DNA of 64,000 nucleotides from Escherichia coli (GTDB taxonomy: Bacteria > Pseudomonadota > Gammaproteobacteria > Enterobacterales > Enterobacteriaceae), in the NCBI RefSeq assembly GCF_009931435.1, contig NZ_CP043414.1. One strand, given 5' to 3'. The notes beneath the pieces are model-generated. The model was not told the DNA's origin. It was given only the letters and a program-made list of their open reading frames with translations, and ran no database searches. Made by a program: the position numbers and the translations under genes. Of this stretch, positions 35,360-46,139 are shown piece by piece. Position 1 is the first letter of the stretch. The number at the start of each line of letters is the position of its first letter.

Positions 35360-36697
35360 ATGAACACTTCACCGGTGCGAATGGATGATTTACCACTTAA
35401 CCGTTTTCACTGTCGAATTGCTGCGCTGACTTTCGGCGCACACCTGACCGACGGTTATGTTCTCGGCGTCATTGGTTACGCCATAATTCAGCTTACTCCA
35501 GCCATGCAACTGACGCCGTTTATGGCGGGAATGATCGGCGGCTCGGCGCTACTTGGCCTGTTTATCGGCAGCCTGGTTTTGGGCTGGATCTCCGACCATA
35601 TCGGGCGGCAAAAAATCTTCACCTTCAGCTTTATGCTGATTACACTCGCCTCGTTCCTGCAATTTTTTGCCACCACGCCAGAGCATCTTATTGGACTGCG
35701 CATTTTGATCGGCATTGGGCTGGGAGGCGATTACTCAGTAGGCCACACCTTGCTGGCTGAATTTTCTCCGCGCCGCCATCGCGGTATTTTGCTGGGCGCA
35801 TTCAGCGTGGTGTGGACCGTAGGCTATGTGCTGGCAAGTATTGCCGGACATCACTTTATTAGCGAAAGCCCCGAAGCCTGGCGATGGTTACTTGCATCGG
35901 CGGCATTTCCTGCCCTGTTGATTACGTTGTTACGTTGGGGAACGCCAGAATCGCCACGCTGGCTACTGCGCCAGGGGCGTTTTGCAGAAGCTCACGCTAT
36001 CGTGCATCGCTATTTTGGTCCCCATGTTTTACTGGGCGATGAAGTGGCAACGGCGACCCATAAACACATCAAAACCTTGTTCTCTTCGCGCTACTGGCGG
36101 CGCACGGCGTTTAACAGTGTCTTCTTTGTCTGCCTCGTAATCCCATGGTTTGTAATTTACACCTGGCTGCCAACTATCGCCCAGACTATTGGACTGGAAG
36201 ATGCGCTGACTGCCAGCCTGCTGCTTAACGCGTTATTAATTGTGGGTGCGCTGCTGGGATTATTTCTGACGCACCTGCTGGCACATCGCAAATTTTTACT
36301 TGGCAGTTTTTTGTTGCTGGCGGCAACGCTGGTAGTGATGGCCTGTTTGCCTTCTGGCTGTTCATTAACGCTGCTGCTTTTTGTTCTCTTCAGTACCACC
36401 ATTTCGGCAGTCAGTAATCTGGTGGGCATTTTGCCTGCGGAAAGTTTTCCTACTGACATTCGCTCGCTGGGCGTCGGTTTTGCCACCGCCATGAGTCGGT
36501 TGGGCGCGGCGGTAAGTACTGGCCTGCTGCCGTGGGTGCTGGCACAGTGGGGAATGCAAGTCACCTTATTGCTCCTGGCGGCAGTGTTGTTGGTTGGTTT
36601 TGTTGTGACCTGGCTATGGGCGCCAGAAACCAAAGCACTCCCGCTGGTGGCGGCGGGAAATGTAGGAGGTGTGAATGAACATTCTGTTAGCGTTTAA
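35360..36697 (+). CDS. ygcS: MFS transporter (sugar/acid porter type)
   Basis: ORF track starts 35288; the ATG at 35360 with GAAGGGG RBS gives MNTSPVRMDDLPLNRFHCRIAALTFGAH..., polytopic. Confidence 0.85.
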   Translation: MNTSPVRMDDLPLNRFHCRIAALTFGAHLTDGYVLGVIGYAIIQLTPAMQLTPFMAGMIGGSALLGLFIGSLVLGWISDHIGRQKIFTFSFMLITLASFLQFFATTPEHLIGLRILIGIGLGGDYSVGHTLLAEFSPRRHRGILLGAFSVVWTVGYVLASIAGHHFISESPEAWRWLLASAAFPALLITLLRWGTPESPRWLLRQGRFAEAHAIVHRYFGPHVLLGDEVATATHKHIKTLFSSRYWRRTAFNSVFFVCLVIPWFVIYTWLPTIAQTIGLEDALTASLLLNALLIVGALLGLFLTHLLAHRKFLLGSFLLLAATLVVMACLPSGCSLTLLLFVLFSTTISAVSNLVGILPAESFPTDIRSLGVGFATAMSRLGAAVSTGLLPWVLAQWGMQVTLLLLAAVLLVGFVVTWLWAPETKALPLVAAGNVGGVNEHSVSV

Positions 36698-37454
36698 AGC
36701 CGAACCGGATGCCGGAATGCTGGCGGAAAAAGAGTGGCAGGCGGCGGCTCAGGGTAATAGCGGACCGGATGTTTCGCTGCTGCGAAGTTTACTCGGTGCT
36801 GATGAACAGGCCGCTGCCGCGCTTCTGTTAGCGCAGAGAAAAAACGGTACGCCGATGTCTTTAACCGCGTTGAGCATGGGGGATGAACGGGCGTTGCACT
36901 GGCTGCGCTATCTCATGGCTCTTGGGTTTGAGGAAGCTGTATTGCTGGAGACGGCGGCAGATCTGCGCTTTGCGCCGGAATTTGTCGCTCGCCATATTGC
37001 CGAATGGCAGCGCCAGAATCCGCTGGATCTGATCATTACTGGCTGCCAGAGCAGCGAAGGGCAGAACGGGCAAACGCCATTTTTGCTGGCGGAAATGCTG
37101 ACCTGGCCCTGTTTTACCCAGGTGGAGCGTTTTACTCTCGACGCACCGTTTATCTCGCTCGAACAGCGTACTGAACATGGATTACGCTGTTGTCGGGTTC
37201 GCTTGCCTGCGGTGATTGCCGTGCGCCAGTGTGGCGAGGTGGCCTTGCCAGTACCGGGAATGCGCCAGCGAATGGCTGCGGGGAAAGCTGAAATTATCCG
37301 CAAAACTGTTACTGCTGAATCGTCAGCGATGCAGTGCCGGCAACTGGAAAGGCCAGAGCAACGACGCGGTGCAACGCTTCTTGATGGGCAAACGGTAGCA
37401 GAAAAAGCGCAAAAGCTATGGCAGGACTATTTACGCCAAAGGATGCAGCCATGA
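36675..37454 (+). CDS. ygcR: electron-transfer flavoprotein beta-subunit-like (FixA-type)
   Basis: 259-aa ORF MNILLAFKAEPDAGMLAEKEWQAAAQG...; GGAGGTG RBS; overlaps the ygcS 3' end. Confidence 0.85.
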   Translation: MNILLAFKAEPDAGMLAEKEWQAAAQGNSGPDVSLLRSLLGADEQAAAALLLAQRKNGTPMSLTALSMGDERALHWLRYLMALGFEEAVLLETAADLRFAPEFVARHIAEWQRQNPLDLIITGCQSSEGQNGQTPFLLAEMLTWPCFTQVERFTLDAPFISLEQRTEHGLRCCRVRLPAVIAVRQCGEVALPVPGMRQRMAAGKAEIIRKTVTAESSAMQCRQLERPEQRRGATLLDGQTVAEKAQKLWQDYLRQRMQP

Positions 37455-38311
37455 ATATCGCCATTGTGACAATAAATCAGGAACATGCCGCAATAGCGGG
37501 CTGGCTGGCGGAGCAGGATTTCAGCGGCAGCACATTAACGCACTGGCAAATCGAGCCGCAGCCGATGGTCGCGGAACAGGTGCTGGATGCGCTGGTAGAA
37601 CAGTGGCAGCGAACGCCTGCGGACGTTGTTCTCTTTCCGCCGGGAACGTTTGGCGATGAACTGGCTACCCGCCTGTCCTGGCGTTTACATGGTGCCAGTA
37701 TATGCCAGGTGACTTCATTAAATATTCCAACCGGAAGCGTACGCAAATCCCAGTGGGGAAATGCGCTAACGGCGACGCTGCAAACAGAAAAACGCCCGCT
37801 ATGCCTTTCCCTTGCCCGCCAGGCGGGAGCAGTGAAAAATGCCACGTTGCCCTCTGGTATGCAGCAACTGAACATTGTCCCCGGCGCGCTTCCCGACTGG
37901 CTGGTTAGCACAGAGGATCTGAAAAATGTTACCCACGACCCATTAGCTGAGGCCAGACGGGTGCTGGTGGTGGGGCAGGGCGGAGAGGCAGATAACCAGG
38001 AAATCGCTATGCTGGCAGAAAAGCTGGGAGCCGAAGCGGGCTACAGTCGGGCGCGAGTAATGAACGGTGGCGTTGATGCCGAAAAAGTGATTGGTATTTC
38101 CGGACATCTGCTGGCACCTGAGGTGTGTATTGTTGTTGGCGCTTCCGGCGCAGCAGCGTTAATGGCGGGCGTCCGCAATAGCAAGTTTGTGGTGGCGATT
38201 AATCATGACGCCAGCGCGGCGGTATTTTCACAGGCAGATGTTGGCGTGGTAGATGACTGGAAAGCGGTGCTGGAGGCACTGGTGACAACCATTCACGCAG
38301 ATTGCCAATAA
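37451..38311 (+). CDS. ygcQ: electron-transfer flavoprotein alpha-subunit-like (FixB-type)
   Basis: ATG at 37451 gives MNIAIVTINQEHAAIAGWLAEQ...; ATGA overlap with the ygcR stop. Confidence 0.85.
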   Translation: MNIAIVTINQEHAAIAGWLAEQDFSGSTLTHWQIEPQPMVAEQVLDALVEQWQRTPADVVLFPPGTFGDELATRLSWRLHGASICQVTSLNIPTGSVRKSQWGNALTATLQTEKRPLCLSLARQAGAVKNATLPSGMQQLNIVPGALPDWLVSTEDLKNVTHDPLAEARRVLVVGQGGEADNQEIAMLAEKLGAEAGYSRARVMNGGVDAEKVIGISGHLLAPEVCIVVGASGAAALMAGVRNSKFVVAINHDASAAVFSQADVGVVDDWKAVLEALVTTIHADCQ

Positions 38312-38315
38312 CGTG

Positions 38316-38428
38316 CTGCCGGATGATCCTGTCTACGGTTCTGGGCTGGGGACTGTAGGCCTGATAAGACGCGTCAAGCGTCGTATCAGGCGCTGAATGC
38401 CGGATTTGGCATGTGGCCTACAAATCAG
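38316..38428. repeat. REP/BIME palindromic units in the convergent ygcQ-ygcP intergenic region
   Basis: GTAGGCCTGATAAGACGCGTCAAGCGTCGTATCAGGCGC plus the flanking TGCCGGAT...GGCCTACA. Confidence 0.7.
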
Positions 38429-38456
38429 ACAAATTCAACTCGTTACGAGTATCCCG

Positions 38457-39032
38457 TCAAAGCAATTTTTTCGCTAACGTCCAGACCCCGGTATTCGTGG
38501 TGGAAAGCGCCACGACACCGGCGTTAATCGCATTACGCGCATCTTCTTCATCGCACACCAGCCCGCCAGCAATCAGCGGCTGGTGGATTTTCTCCGTTAC
38601 CCAGCCCAGCACTTTAGGCATACAGCCTGGCAGAATTTCAATACAATCAGGATTCGATTGCGCAACCTGCTTATCAATGTTGTGAAAAGAAATCGAGTCG
38701 ACAATAAACAAGCGATGAATACAGAAAAAGCCTTCCGCTCTCGCCGCTTTTAGCATTGACGCTTTGGTACTGATAATGCCGTCCGCCTCGGTCACCAGTT
38801 TCAGAAACTGAATTACTACTTCTTTATTTGATGCGCCTTCCAGCAAATCGACATGAATAAAGGCATATTTCCCGGCACTTTTAATCTTTTTGACGATATG
38901 ACTGATGGTGCAGATATTGCCGTATAACACGGAAATAAACTGGCATTCAGAATCGATTGCCAACTGCAGGCTGGCATTATCTTTAACGGCAGCAATCACC
39001 GGATTCTGGCGGAGCAGGTGTAAGAGGGGCAT
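38457..39032 (-). CDS. ygcP: GlpP-family (glycerol-3-phosphate-responsive-type) transcription antiterminator
   Basis: 191-aa ORF MPLLHLLRQNPVIAAVKDNASLQLAIDSECQFISVLYGNI... Confidence 0.85.
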   Translation of the reverse strand: MPLLHLLRQNPVIAAVKDNASLQLAIDSECQFISVLYGNICTISHIVKKIKSAGKYAFIHVDLLEGASNKEVVIQFLKLVTEADGIISTKASMLKAARAEGFFCIHRLFIVDSISFHNIDKQVAQSNPDCIEILPGCMPKVLGWVTEKIHQPLIAGGLVCDEEDARNAINAGVVALSTTNTGVWTLAKKLL

Positions 39033-39048
39033 AAATTATCCTTATTAT

Positions 39049-39309
39049 TTATCCAAAGCGGTAGGTGATGCCGAATCCGGAAGGCGGATAGCGCCACTGT
39101 TGTAGGTTTTTTTCATCACACAGTAAACGGCAGGTGCCACACTCCAGGCAGCCGCGATAATCAACGCGTAAGTCGCCTTCCGGCGTGAGCGAAAAAAGAC
39201 CAGCCGGACAAGCGTTAATCAACCGTTCTGCCGTCTGGCGCTCAACGGAGTCTGCCGGAACAATATGTGGCGCATCAGCAGCGCGCCAGAGATTACGGGC
39301 TACAGACAT
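39049..39309 (-). CDS. ygcO: ferredoxin-like protein (FixX-type)
   Basis: ORF track 39049..39345; the ATG at 39309 gives MSVARNLWRAADAPHIVPADS... with Cys motif CLECGTCRLLC; 86 aa. Confidence 0.8.
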   Translation of the reverse strand: MSVARNLWRAADAPHIVPADSVERQTAERLINACPAGLFSLTPEGDLRVDYRGCLECGTCRLLCDEKNLQQWRYPPSGFGITYRFG

Positions 39310-40571
39310 CGAATACTCCTGACAACATCGCCCGCCAGATGCCACAGGCCATGACGACGTAAATGACGCCAGAGCAACTGACGCAGCGGCGGAACAGGTT
39401 TATCACCCTGATCCCATAAATCACGGGAAATATCCTGCATTAACACAGGCCACTTACGGTACCATCCAGGGCGTTGCAAAAGCGCCGGAACATGCTGATA
39501 GCGCTGTAGAACATCCCACAGCAGGCTGCGCTCTACGTTGTAATGATAAAGCGGAAACAGATTTTGCGGCTCGCGGTGCTGGCAGGCGCTTATCAGCGTT
39601 TGTGCCGCCGCCTGTGCGCCAGCCAGCGCCATATCCATGCCGCGCACGGAAATTCCGGTATTGACGCAACTGCGCAACGTATCGCCCACCAGCAGCCAGC
39701 CGTTACCGGCGTATTGCACCGGCATACTGTGCAAGCCACCTTCTGGCACCAGATGCGCACCATACTCCAGTGATTCCGTGTTTTTGATAAGCGGGCGCAC
39801 TGCCGGATGCGTTTTAAAGCGAGCCAGCAGCTCGCTTGCCGGAACACGACTTTGCGTAAGTGAAGAGAGCGGGCAAACAATCCCTAACGAGAGCGTTTGT
39901 TGATTAGTATAAAGAAATGCGCCGCCGGGTAAGTCATCACAGATTCCGCCGCTGAACAGCAACGCTGCGCCTTCGTTATTCTCCAGATGAAAACGTTCTT
40001 CAATAGCGGATGTTTCCAGTGAAAGAACTTCTTTGATCCCCAACGCCATCGCTTCGCCAGCAGGACGAGTCACTAACCCGTGACGCTCAGCCAGGACGCT
40101 GTTGGCACCTTCTGCCAGCGCCACATAACGGGCGCGGAGAATATCGTCACCGCAAATGACACCACACACCCTGCCGTTTTCTTCATACAGCGCATCTACC
40201 GTCGCACCAGGGATGCATTCGACACCTTCTTTTTCGGCTTCGGCAACCAGCCACGGATCGAACCGTGCACGTAATACGCTCCAGGATTCACCGCCGGGCT
40301 GTAAGCTGGAAAACGTCGTTGCGCCATCCGGCGTTAGCAGAGAAAGACTTTCGTGAGTGATGCGTCGTTCAAGAGGCGCGGTCAGGTGAAACTGAGGGAG
40401 GAGTTCCGCGAGCGCATGGGTGTATAAACGCCCGCCGGAAAGGTTTTTACTGCCGGGAATTTCAGCGCGTTCCAGTAACAGAACGGATAAACCTGCCCGC
40501 GCGCAGCGTAAAGCACAAGCGGTGCCTGCTATACCCGCACCAATAATAATAATGTCGCAGTCGTCTTCCAT
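39300..40571 (-). CDS. ygcN: FAD-dependent oxidoreductase (FixC / ETF-quinone oxidoreductase-like)
   Basis: The ATG at 40571 gives MEDDCDIIIIGAGIAGTACALRCARAGLSVLLLER (Rossmann GxGxxG immediately N-terminal); the ORF track's longer GTG start at 40601 lacks support. Confidence 0.83.
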   Translation of the reverse strand: MEDDCDIIIIGAGIAGTACALRCARAGLSVLLLERAEIPGSKNLSGGRLYTHALAELLPQFHLTAPLERRITHESLSLLTPDGATTFSSLQPGGESWSVLRARFDPWLVAEAEKEGVECIPGATVDALYEENGRVCGVICGDDILRARYVALAEGANSVLAERHGLVTRPAGEAMALGIKEVLSLETSAIEERFHLENNEGAALLFSGGICDDLPGGAFLYTNQQTLSLGIVCPLSSLTQSRVPASELLARFKTHPAVRPLIKNTESLEYGAHLVPEGGLHSMPVQYAGNGWLLVGDTLRSCVNTGISVRGMDMALAGAQAAAQTLISACQHREPQNLFPLYHYNVERSLLWDVLQRYQHVPALLQRPGWYRKWPVLMQDISRDLWDQGDKPVPPLRQLLWRHLRRHGLWHLAGDVVRSIRCL

Positions 40572-40648
40572 GTCATGCCCCAGATATCCAGAGCGCAACA
40601 CCCTAACATAGCGTTACTTAAGGGAAATTGACCGCCGACACACTCTTA

Positions 40649-41014
40649 TCATTCGCCGCGATAGATGCAACCTGCGGTGCAGGTTTCTTTCACCATAACC
40701 GCACTTAACAGCGGAACAACCGGTTTAACCTGATTCCAAATCCATTTTGCTAAAACCTCGCTGGTCGGGTTTTCCAGGCCAGGAATATCATTGAGATAAT
40801 AGTGATCGAGGCGATCATAGGTTGGTTTAAATGCCGCTTTCAGTTCAGCGAAATCGATAATCCAGCCCGTATGCGGATCGACTTCCCCGGTAATTTCCAG
40901 TCGCACCATAAAGGAATGCCCGTGCAGGCGACCACATTTATGTCCTTCCGGGACGTGTGGTAAGCGGTGAGCGGCTTCGAAGGTGAAATCTTTAAATAAC
41001 GTGGTGGACATCAT
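40649..41014 (-). CDS. queD: 6-carboxy-5,6,7,8-tetrahydropterin synthase
   Basis: The ATG at 41014 gives [35 protein letters not shown]..., 121 aa. Confidence 0.9.
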   Translation of the reverse strand: MMSTTLFKDFTFEAAHRLPHVPEGHKCGRLHGHSFMVRLEITGEVDPHTGWIIDFAELKAAFKPTYDRLDHYYLNDIPGLENPTSEVLAKWIWNQVKPVVPLLSAVMVKETCTAGCIYRGE

Positions 41015-41329
41015 AATTTCTCTACATGACGATAAAACCGCCGTAGAGTACCGGAAAGGCTTTTTTTTCGCATTATCTAAAACGACTTTGTTGCGCAAAA
41101 TCGCTGATTTATCTTAATGATTGGCTAAATTCATTTGTTTTTCATTGGGTTGGTTAATCTGTTTTGTTGTTAAAGACTATTGCTAAAACAGGTTAGTCGA
41201 TTTGGTTATTAGTTATCGCTATCCCGTCTTTAATCCACACCGTTCACCCCGTTAACCTTACCTTCTCTTCTGTTTTATGGGCGCTGACAGGGCGCAGAAA
41301 CAGCTTTGCTTACTGGAACATAACGACGC

Positions 41330-43135
41330 ATGACGACACAGGTCCCACCTTCCGCGTTGCTTCCGTTGAACCCGGAGCAACTGGCACGCCTTCAGGCGGC
41401 CACGACCGATTTAACTCCCACCCAGCTTGCCTGGGTTTCTGGCTATTTCTGGGGCGTGCTCAACCAACAGCCTGCTGCGCTTACAGCGACGCCAGCGCCC
41501 GCCCCCGCCGCAGAAATGCCGGGTATAACTATTATCTCCGCTTCGCAAACCGGCAATGCGCGCCGGGTTGCTGAAACATTACGCGATGATTTATTAGCGG
41601 CAAAACTGAACGTTAAGCTGGTGAACGCGGGCGACTATAAATTCAAACAAATCGCCAGCGAAAAACTGCTCATCGTGGTGACGTCAACGCAAGGTGAAGG
41701 GGAACCGCCGGAGGAGGCCGTCGCGCTGCATAAGTTCCTGTTCTCCAAAAAAGCGCCGAAGCTGGAAAACACCGCGTTTGCTGTGTTTAGTCTCGGCGAT
41801 AGCTCTTATGAATTTTTCTGCCAGTCCGGGAAAGATTTTGACAGCAAGCTGGCGGAACTGGGCGGTGAACGCCTGCTCGACCGTGTCGATGCCGACGTTG
41901 AATACCAGGCTGCTGCCATCGAGTGGCGCGCCCGCGTGGTTGATGTTCTGAAGTCCCGTACGCCTGTCGCGGCACCTTCGCAATCCGTCGCTACTGGCGC
42001 GGTAAATGAAATCCACACCAGCCCGTACAGCAAAGACGCGCCGCTGGTGGCGAGCCTCTCTGTTAACCAGAAAATTACCGGGCGTAACTCTGAAAAAGAC
42101 GTTCGCCATATCGAAATTGACTTAGGTGACTCGGGCCTGCGTTACCAGCCGGGTGACGCGCTGGGCGTCTGGTATCAGAACGATCCGGCACTGGTGAAAG
42201 AACTTGTCGAACTGCTGTGGCTGAAAGGCGATGAACCTGTCACCGTCGAGGGCAAAACGTTACCTCTGAACGAGGCCCTACAGTGGCACTTCGAACTGAC
42301 CGTCAACACCGCCAACATCGTTGAGAACTACGCCACGCTTACCCGCAGTGAAACGCTGCTGCCGCTGGTGGGCGATAAAGCGAAGTTACAGCATTACGCC
42401 GCGACGACGCCGATTGTCGATATGGTGCGTTTCTCTCCGGCACAGCTTGACGCTGAAGCCCTCATTAACTTGCTGCGCCCGCTGACGCCGCGCCTGTATT
42501 CCATCGCCTCCTCGCAGGCGGAAGTCGAGAACGAAGTACACGTCACCGTTGGTGTCGTTCGTTATGACATTGAAGGCCGCGCCCGTGCCGGTGGTGCCTC
42601 TAGTTTCCTCGCGGATCGTGTGGAAGAAGAGGGCGAAGTCCGCGTCTTTATCGAACATAACGACAACTTCCGTCTGCCAGCCAACCCGGAAACGCCGGTG
42701 ATTATGATTGGTCCAGGCACCGGCATCGCGCCGTTCCGCGCCTTTATGCAGCAACGTGCTGCTGACGAAGCGCCGGGTAAAAACTGGCTGTTCTTTGGCA
42801 ACCCACACTTTACGGAAGATTTCCTCTATCAGGTGGAGTGGCAGCGCTACGTCAAAGAGGGCGTGCTGACACGTATCGATCTTGCCTGGTCGCGCGATCA
42901 AAAAGAAAAAATTTACGTACAAGACAAACTGCGCGAACAGGGCGCAGAGCTGTGGCGCTGGATCAATGACGGAGCCCACATTTATGTCTGCGGCGACGCT
43001 AATCGCATGGCGAAAGACGTTGAACAGGCACTTCTGGAAGTGATTGCCGAATTTGGTGGCATGGACACCGAAGCGGCGGATGAATTTTTAAGTGAGCTGC
43101 GCGTAGAGCGCCGTTATCAGCGAGATGTCTACTAA
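41330..43135 (+). CDS. cysJ: sulfite reductase (NADPH) flavoprotein alpha subunit
   Basis: 601-aa [33 protein letters not shown]... with flavodoxin and FNR-like domains. Confidence 0.96.
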   Translation: MTTQVPPSALLPLNPEQLARLQAATTDLTPTQLAWVSGYFWGVLNQQPAALTATPAPAPAAEMPGITIISASQTGNARRVAETLRDDLLAAKLNVKLVNAGDYKFKQIASEKLLIVVTSTQGEGEPPEEAVALHKFLFSKKAPKLENTAFAVFSLGDSSYEFFCQSGKDFDSKLAELGGERLLDRVDADVEYQAAAIEWRARVVDVLKSRTPVAAPSQSVATGAVNEIHTSPYSKDAPLVASLSVNQKITGRNSEKDVRHIEIDLGDSGLRYQPGDALGVWYQNDPALVKELVELLWLKGDEPVTVEGKTLPLNEALQWHFELTVNTANIVENYATLTRSETLLPLVGDKAKLQHYAATTPIVDMVRFSPAQLDAEALINLLRPLTPRLYSIASSQAEVENEVHVTVGVVRYDIEGRARAGGASSFLADRVEEEGEVRVFIEHNDNFRLPANPETPVIMIGPGTGIAPFRAFMQQRAADEAPGKNWLFFGNPHFTEDFLYQVEWQRYVKEGVLTRIDLAWSRDQKEKIYVQDKLREQGAELWRWINDGAHIYVCGDANRMAKDVEQALLEVIAEFGGMDTEAADEFLSELRVERRYQRDVY

Positions 43136-44847
43136 TGAACGAAAAACATCCAGGGCCTTTAGTGGTCGAAGGAAAACTGACAGACGCCGAGCGCATGAAG
43201 CTTGAGAGCAACTACCTGCGCGGGACCATTGCGGAAGATTTAAACGACGGTCTGACCGGCGGCTTTAAGGGCGACAACTTCCTGCTGATCCGTTTCCACG
43301 GTATGTATCAGCAGGATGACCGCGATATCCGCGCCGAACGTGCTGAACAGAAGCTGGAACCGCGTCATGCGATGCTGCTGCGCTGCCGTCTGCCGGGTGG
43401 GGTGATCACCACTAAACAGTGGCAGGCAATTGATAAATTCGCCGGTGAAAACACCATTTATGGCAGCATTCGCCTGACCAACCGCCAGACGTTCCAGTTC
43501 CACGGCATTCTGAAAAAGAACGTCAAACCGGTGCACCAGATGCTGCACTCGGTCGGTCTTGATGCGCTGGCGACCGCCAACGACATGAACCGTAATGTAC
43601 TCTGCACCTCGAACCCATTTGAATCTCAGTTGCACGCGGAAGCGTATGAGTGGGCGAAGAAAATCTCTGAACATCTGCTGCCGCGAACCCGCGCCTATGC
43701 GGAGATCTGGCTCGATCAGGAGAAAGTCGCCACTACTGACGAAGAACCGATCCTCGGTCAGACCTATCTGCCGCGTAAATTCAAAACCACGGTAGTGATC
43801 CCGCCGCAGAACGATATCGATCTGCACGCCAACGACATGAACTTTGTGGCGATCGCGGAAAACGGCAAGCTGGTGGGCTTCAACCTGCTGGTGGGCGGTG
43901 GGCTTTCTATCGAACACGGCAACAAGAAAACCTACGCCCGCACGGCGAGTGAGTTTGGTTATCTGCCGCTGGAGCATACGCTGGCGGTGGCGGAAGCCGT
44001 CGTGACAACTCAGCGCGACTGGGGTAACCGAACCGATCGTAAAAATGCCAAAACCAAATACACGCTGGAGCGCGTGGGGGTCGAGACGTTTAAAGCAGAA
44101 GTGGAACGTCGCGCGGGGATCAAATTTGAGCCGATCCGTCCATATGAATTTACCGGGCGCGGCGATCGTATCGGCTGGGTAAAAGGGATCGACGACAAAT
44201 GGCACCTGACGCTGTTTATCGAAAATGGCCGAATTCTTGATTATCCGGGGCGTCCGCTGAAAACCGGCCTGCTGGAGATCGCGAAGATCCACAAAGGTGA
44301 TTTCCGCATTACGGCGAACCAGAATCTGATCATCGCTGGTGTACCGGAAAGCGAGAAAGCGAAGATTGAGAAGATCGCCAAAGAGAGCGGATTGATGAAT
44401 GCCGTCACGCCGCAGCGCGAAAACTCAATGGCCTGCGTGTCATTCCCGACTTGCCCGTTGGCGATGGCGGAAGCGGAGCGTTTCCTGCCGTCGTTTATCG
44501 ATAACATCGATAATTTAATGGCGAAACATGGTGTCAGCGATGAGCACATCGTGATGCGTGTAACAGGCTGCCCGAACGGTTGTGGTCGCGCGATGCTGGC
44601 GGAAGTTGGCCTGGTGGGTAAAGCGCCGGGTCGCTACAACCTGCATCTTGGTGGCAACCGCATTGGGACACGTATCCCACGGATGCATAAAGAAAACATC
44701 ACCGAGCCGGAAATCCTGGCGACGCTTGATGAACTGATAGGGCGCTGGGCGAAAGAACGTGAAGCGGGTGAAGGCTTCGGCGACTTTACGGTGCGTGCGG
44801 GCATCATTCGCCCGGTGCTCGATCCGGCGCGTGATTTGTGGGATTAA
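43135..44847 (+). CDS. cysI: sulfite reductase hemoprotein beta subunit
   Basis: 570-aa [45 protein letters not shown]... Confidence 0.96.
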   Translation: MNEKHPGPLVVEGKLTDAERMKLESNYLRGTIAEDLNDGLTGGFKGDNFLLIRFHGMYQQDDRDIRAERAEQKLEPRHAMLLRCRLPGGVITTKQWQAIDKFAGENTIYGSIRLTNRQTFQFHGILKKNVKPVHQMLHSVGLDALATANDMNRNVLCTSNPFESQLHAEAYEWAKKISEHLLPRTRAYAEIWLDQEKVATTDEEPILGQTYLPRKFKTTVVIPPQNDIDLHANDMNFVAIAENGKLVGFNLLVGGGLSIEHGNKKTYARTASEFGYLPLEHTLAVAEAVVTTQRDWGNRTDRKNAKTKYTLERVGVETFKAEVERRAGIKFEPIRPYEFTGRGDRIGWVKGIDDKWHLTLFIENGRILDYPGRPLKTGLLEIAKIHKGDFRITANQNLIIAGVPESEKAKIEKIAKESGLMNAVTPQRENSMACVSFPTCPLAMAEAERFLPSFIDNIDNLMAKHGVSDEHIVMRVTGCPNGCGRAMLAEVGLVGKAPGRYNLHLGGNRIGTRIPRMHKENITEPEILATLDELIGRWAKEREAGEGFGDFTVRAGIIRPVLDPARDLWD

Positions 44848-44860
44848 CCATCAGTCCAGT

Positions 44861-44903
44861 CTTGTAGGCCTGATAAGACGCGTAAGCGTCGCATCAGGCA
44901 AGG
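44861..44903. repeat. REP palindromic unit between cysI and cysH
   Basis: CTTGTAGGCCTGATAAGACGCGTAAGCGTCGCATCAGGCAAGG. Confidence 0.7.
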
Positions 44904-44920
44904 CAAACAGTGAGGAATCT

Positions 44921-45655
44921 ATGTCCAAACTCGATCTAAATGCCCTGAACGAACTGCCGAAGGTAGATCGCATTCTGGCGCTGGCGGAAACTAACGCCGA
45001 GCTTGAAAAACTGGATGCTGAAGGCCGTGTTGCCTGGGCGCTGGATAATCTGCCCGGTGAATATGTGCTTTCTTCCAGCTTCGGTATCCAGGCGGCGGTT
45101 AGTCTGCATCTGGTGAATCAGATTCGCCCGGATATTCCGGTGATCCTCACCGATACCGGTTATCTGTTTCCGGAAACCTACCGCTTTATTGACGAGTTAA
45201 CGGACAAACTCAAGCTCAACCTGAAAGTGTACCGCGCTACCGAAAGCGCCGCCTGGCAGGAAGCACGCTACGGCAAACTGTGGGAGCAGGGCGTTGAAGG
45301 CATTGAAAAGTACAACGATATCAACAAAGTCGAACCGATGAACCGGGCGCTGAAAGAACTGAACGCACAAACGTGGTTTGCTGGCCTGCGCCGTGAACAA
45401 TCCGGCAGCCGCGCTAATTTACCGGTGTTGGCAATTCAGCGTGGCGTATTTAAAGTGCTGCCGATTATCGACTGGGATAACCGAACTATTTATCAGTATC
45501 TGCAAAAACATGGCCTGAAATATCACCCATTATGGGACGAAGGATATTTATCGGTTGGTGATACCCATACAACCCGTAAATGGGAACCTGGTATGGCGGA
45601 AGAAGAAACGCGTTTCTTTGGCTTAAAAAGGGAATGTGGGCTGCACGAAGGGTAA
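44921..45655 (+). CDS. cysH: phosphoadenosine phosphosulfate (PAPS) reductase
   Basis: ORF track starts 44759; the ATG at 44921 with GAGGAA RBS gives [57 protein letters not shown]..., 244 aa. Confidence 0.95.
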   Translation: MSKLDLNALNELPKVDRILALAETNAELEKLDAEGRVAWALDNLPGEYVLSSSFGIQAAVSLHLVNQIRPDIPVILTDTGYLFPETYRFIDELTDKLKLNLKVYRATESAAWQEARYGKLWEQGVEGIEKYNDINKVEPMNRALKELNAQTWFAGLRREQSGSRANLPVLAIQRGVFKVLPIIDWDNRTIYQYLQKHGLKYHPLWDEGYLSVGDTHTTRKWEPGMAEEETRFFGLKRECGLHEG

Positions 45656-45671
45656 ATATTGCCGGATAAAA

Positions 45672-45712
45672 TAAACGCCTCTGTCAGAAATGATGGGGGC
45701 GTTTTTATTTTG
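45672..45712 (+). terminator. cysH terminator-like hairpin
   Basis: AAACGCC...GGCGTTT stem followed by TTATTTT. Confidence 0.5.
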
Positions 45713-45918
45713 CGAGCCGCATTCCGGCATTTAAACATGAATATAGCAGGGGAAATCAACAGTTATAGAATGGCGTCGGGTGCTTGAGGCTGTCTGGCGT
45801 TGAGCATTCGCGAGGTTCCAGATGGACAAAAGCCCCGGGCGATATTTCTATCAACCTGAGGCTCGCGTTCGAACGTAGCAATTCGAATGTTAGTCTCTTC
45901 TTTGCAGGGAGGCAAGAC

Positions 45919-46071
45919 ATGCTGACAAAATATGCCCTTGTGGCAATCATCGTACTGTGTTGTACAGTACTGGGATTCACGCTGATGGTAGGCGACTCGT
46001 TGTGTGAGTTGAGTATCAGAGAACGTGGTATGGAGTTTAAGGCAGTTCTCGCTTACGAACCGAAGAAGTAG
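45919..46071 (+). CDS. Hok/Gef-family type I toxin (hok-like; position corresponds to the K-12 sokX locus)
   Basis: 50-aa [53 protein letters not shown] with GGGAGG RBS; N-terminal TM helix, conserved SLCE and AYE motifs; upstream GCTTGAGGCT element typical of hok mRNA 5' ends. Confidence 0.7.
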   Translation: MLTKYALVAIIVLCCTVLGFTLMVGDSLCELSIRERGMEFKAVLAYEPKK

Positions 46072-46139
46072 CCACCACGCGGGGGTAAAACCCCGCGTAT
46101 TGAATTGTGATGGTTTGGTCTCCTGCACCCTTTTTTTCA

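Noticed and set aside
43240-44292. 350-aa minus-strand ORF
   Set aside because: Antisense to cysI; shadow ORF
45784-45918. In-frame upstream extension of the hok-like ORF (95-aa ORF from a TTG)
   Set aside because: Starts with TTG and has no RBS; more likely untranslated hok leader RNA, though a mok-like coupling frame cannot be excluded
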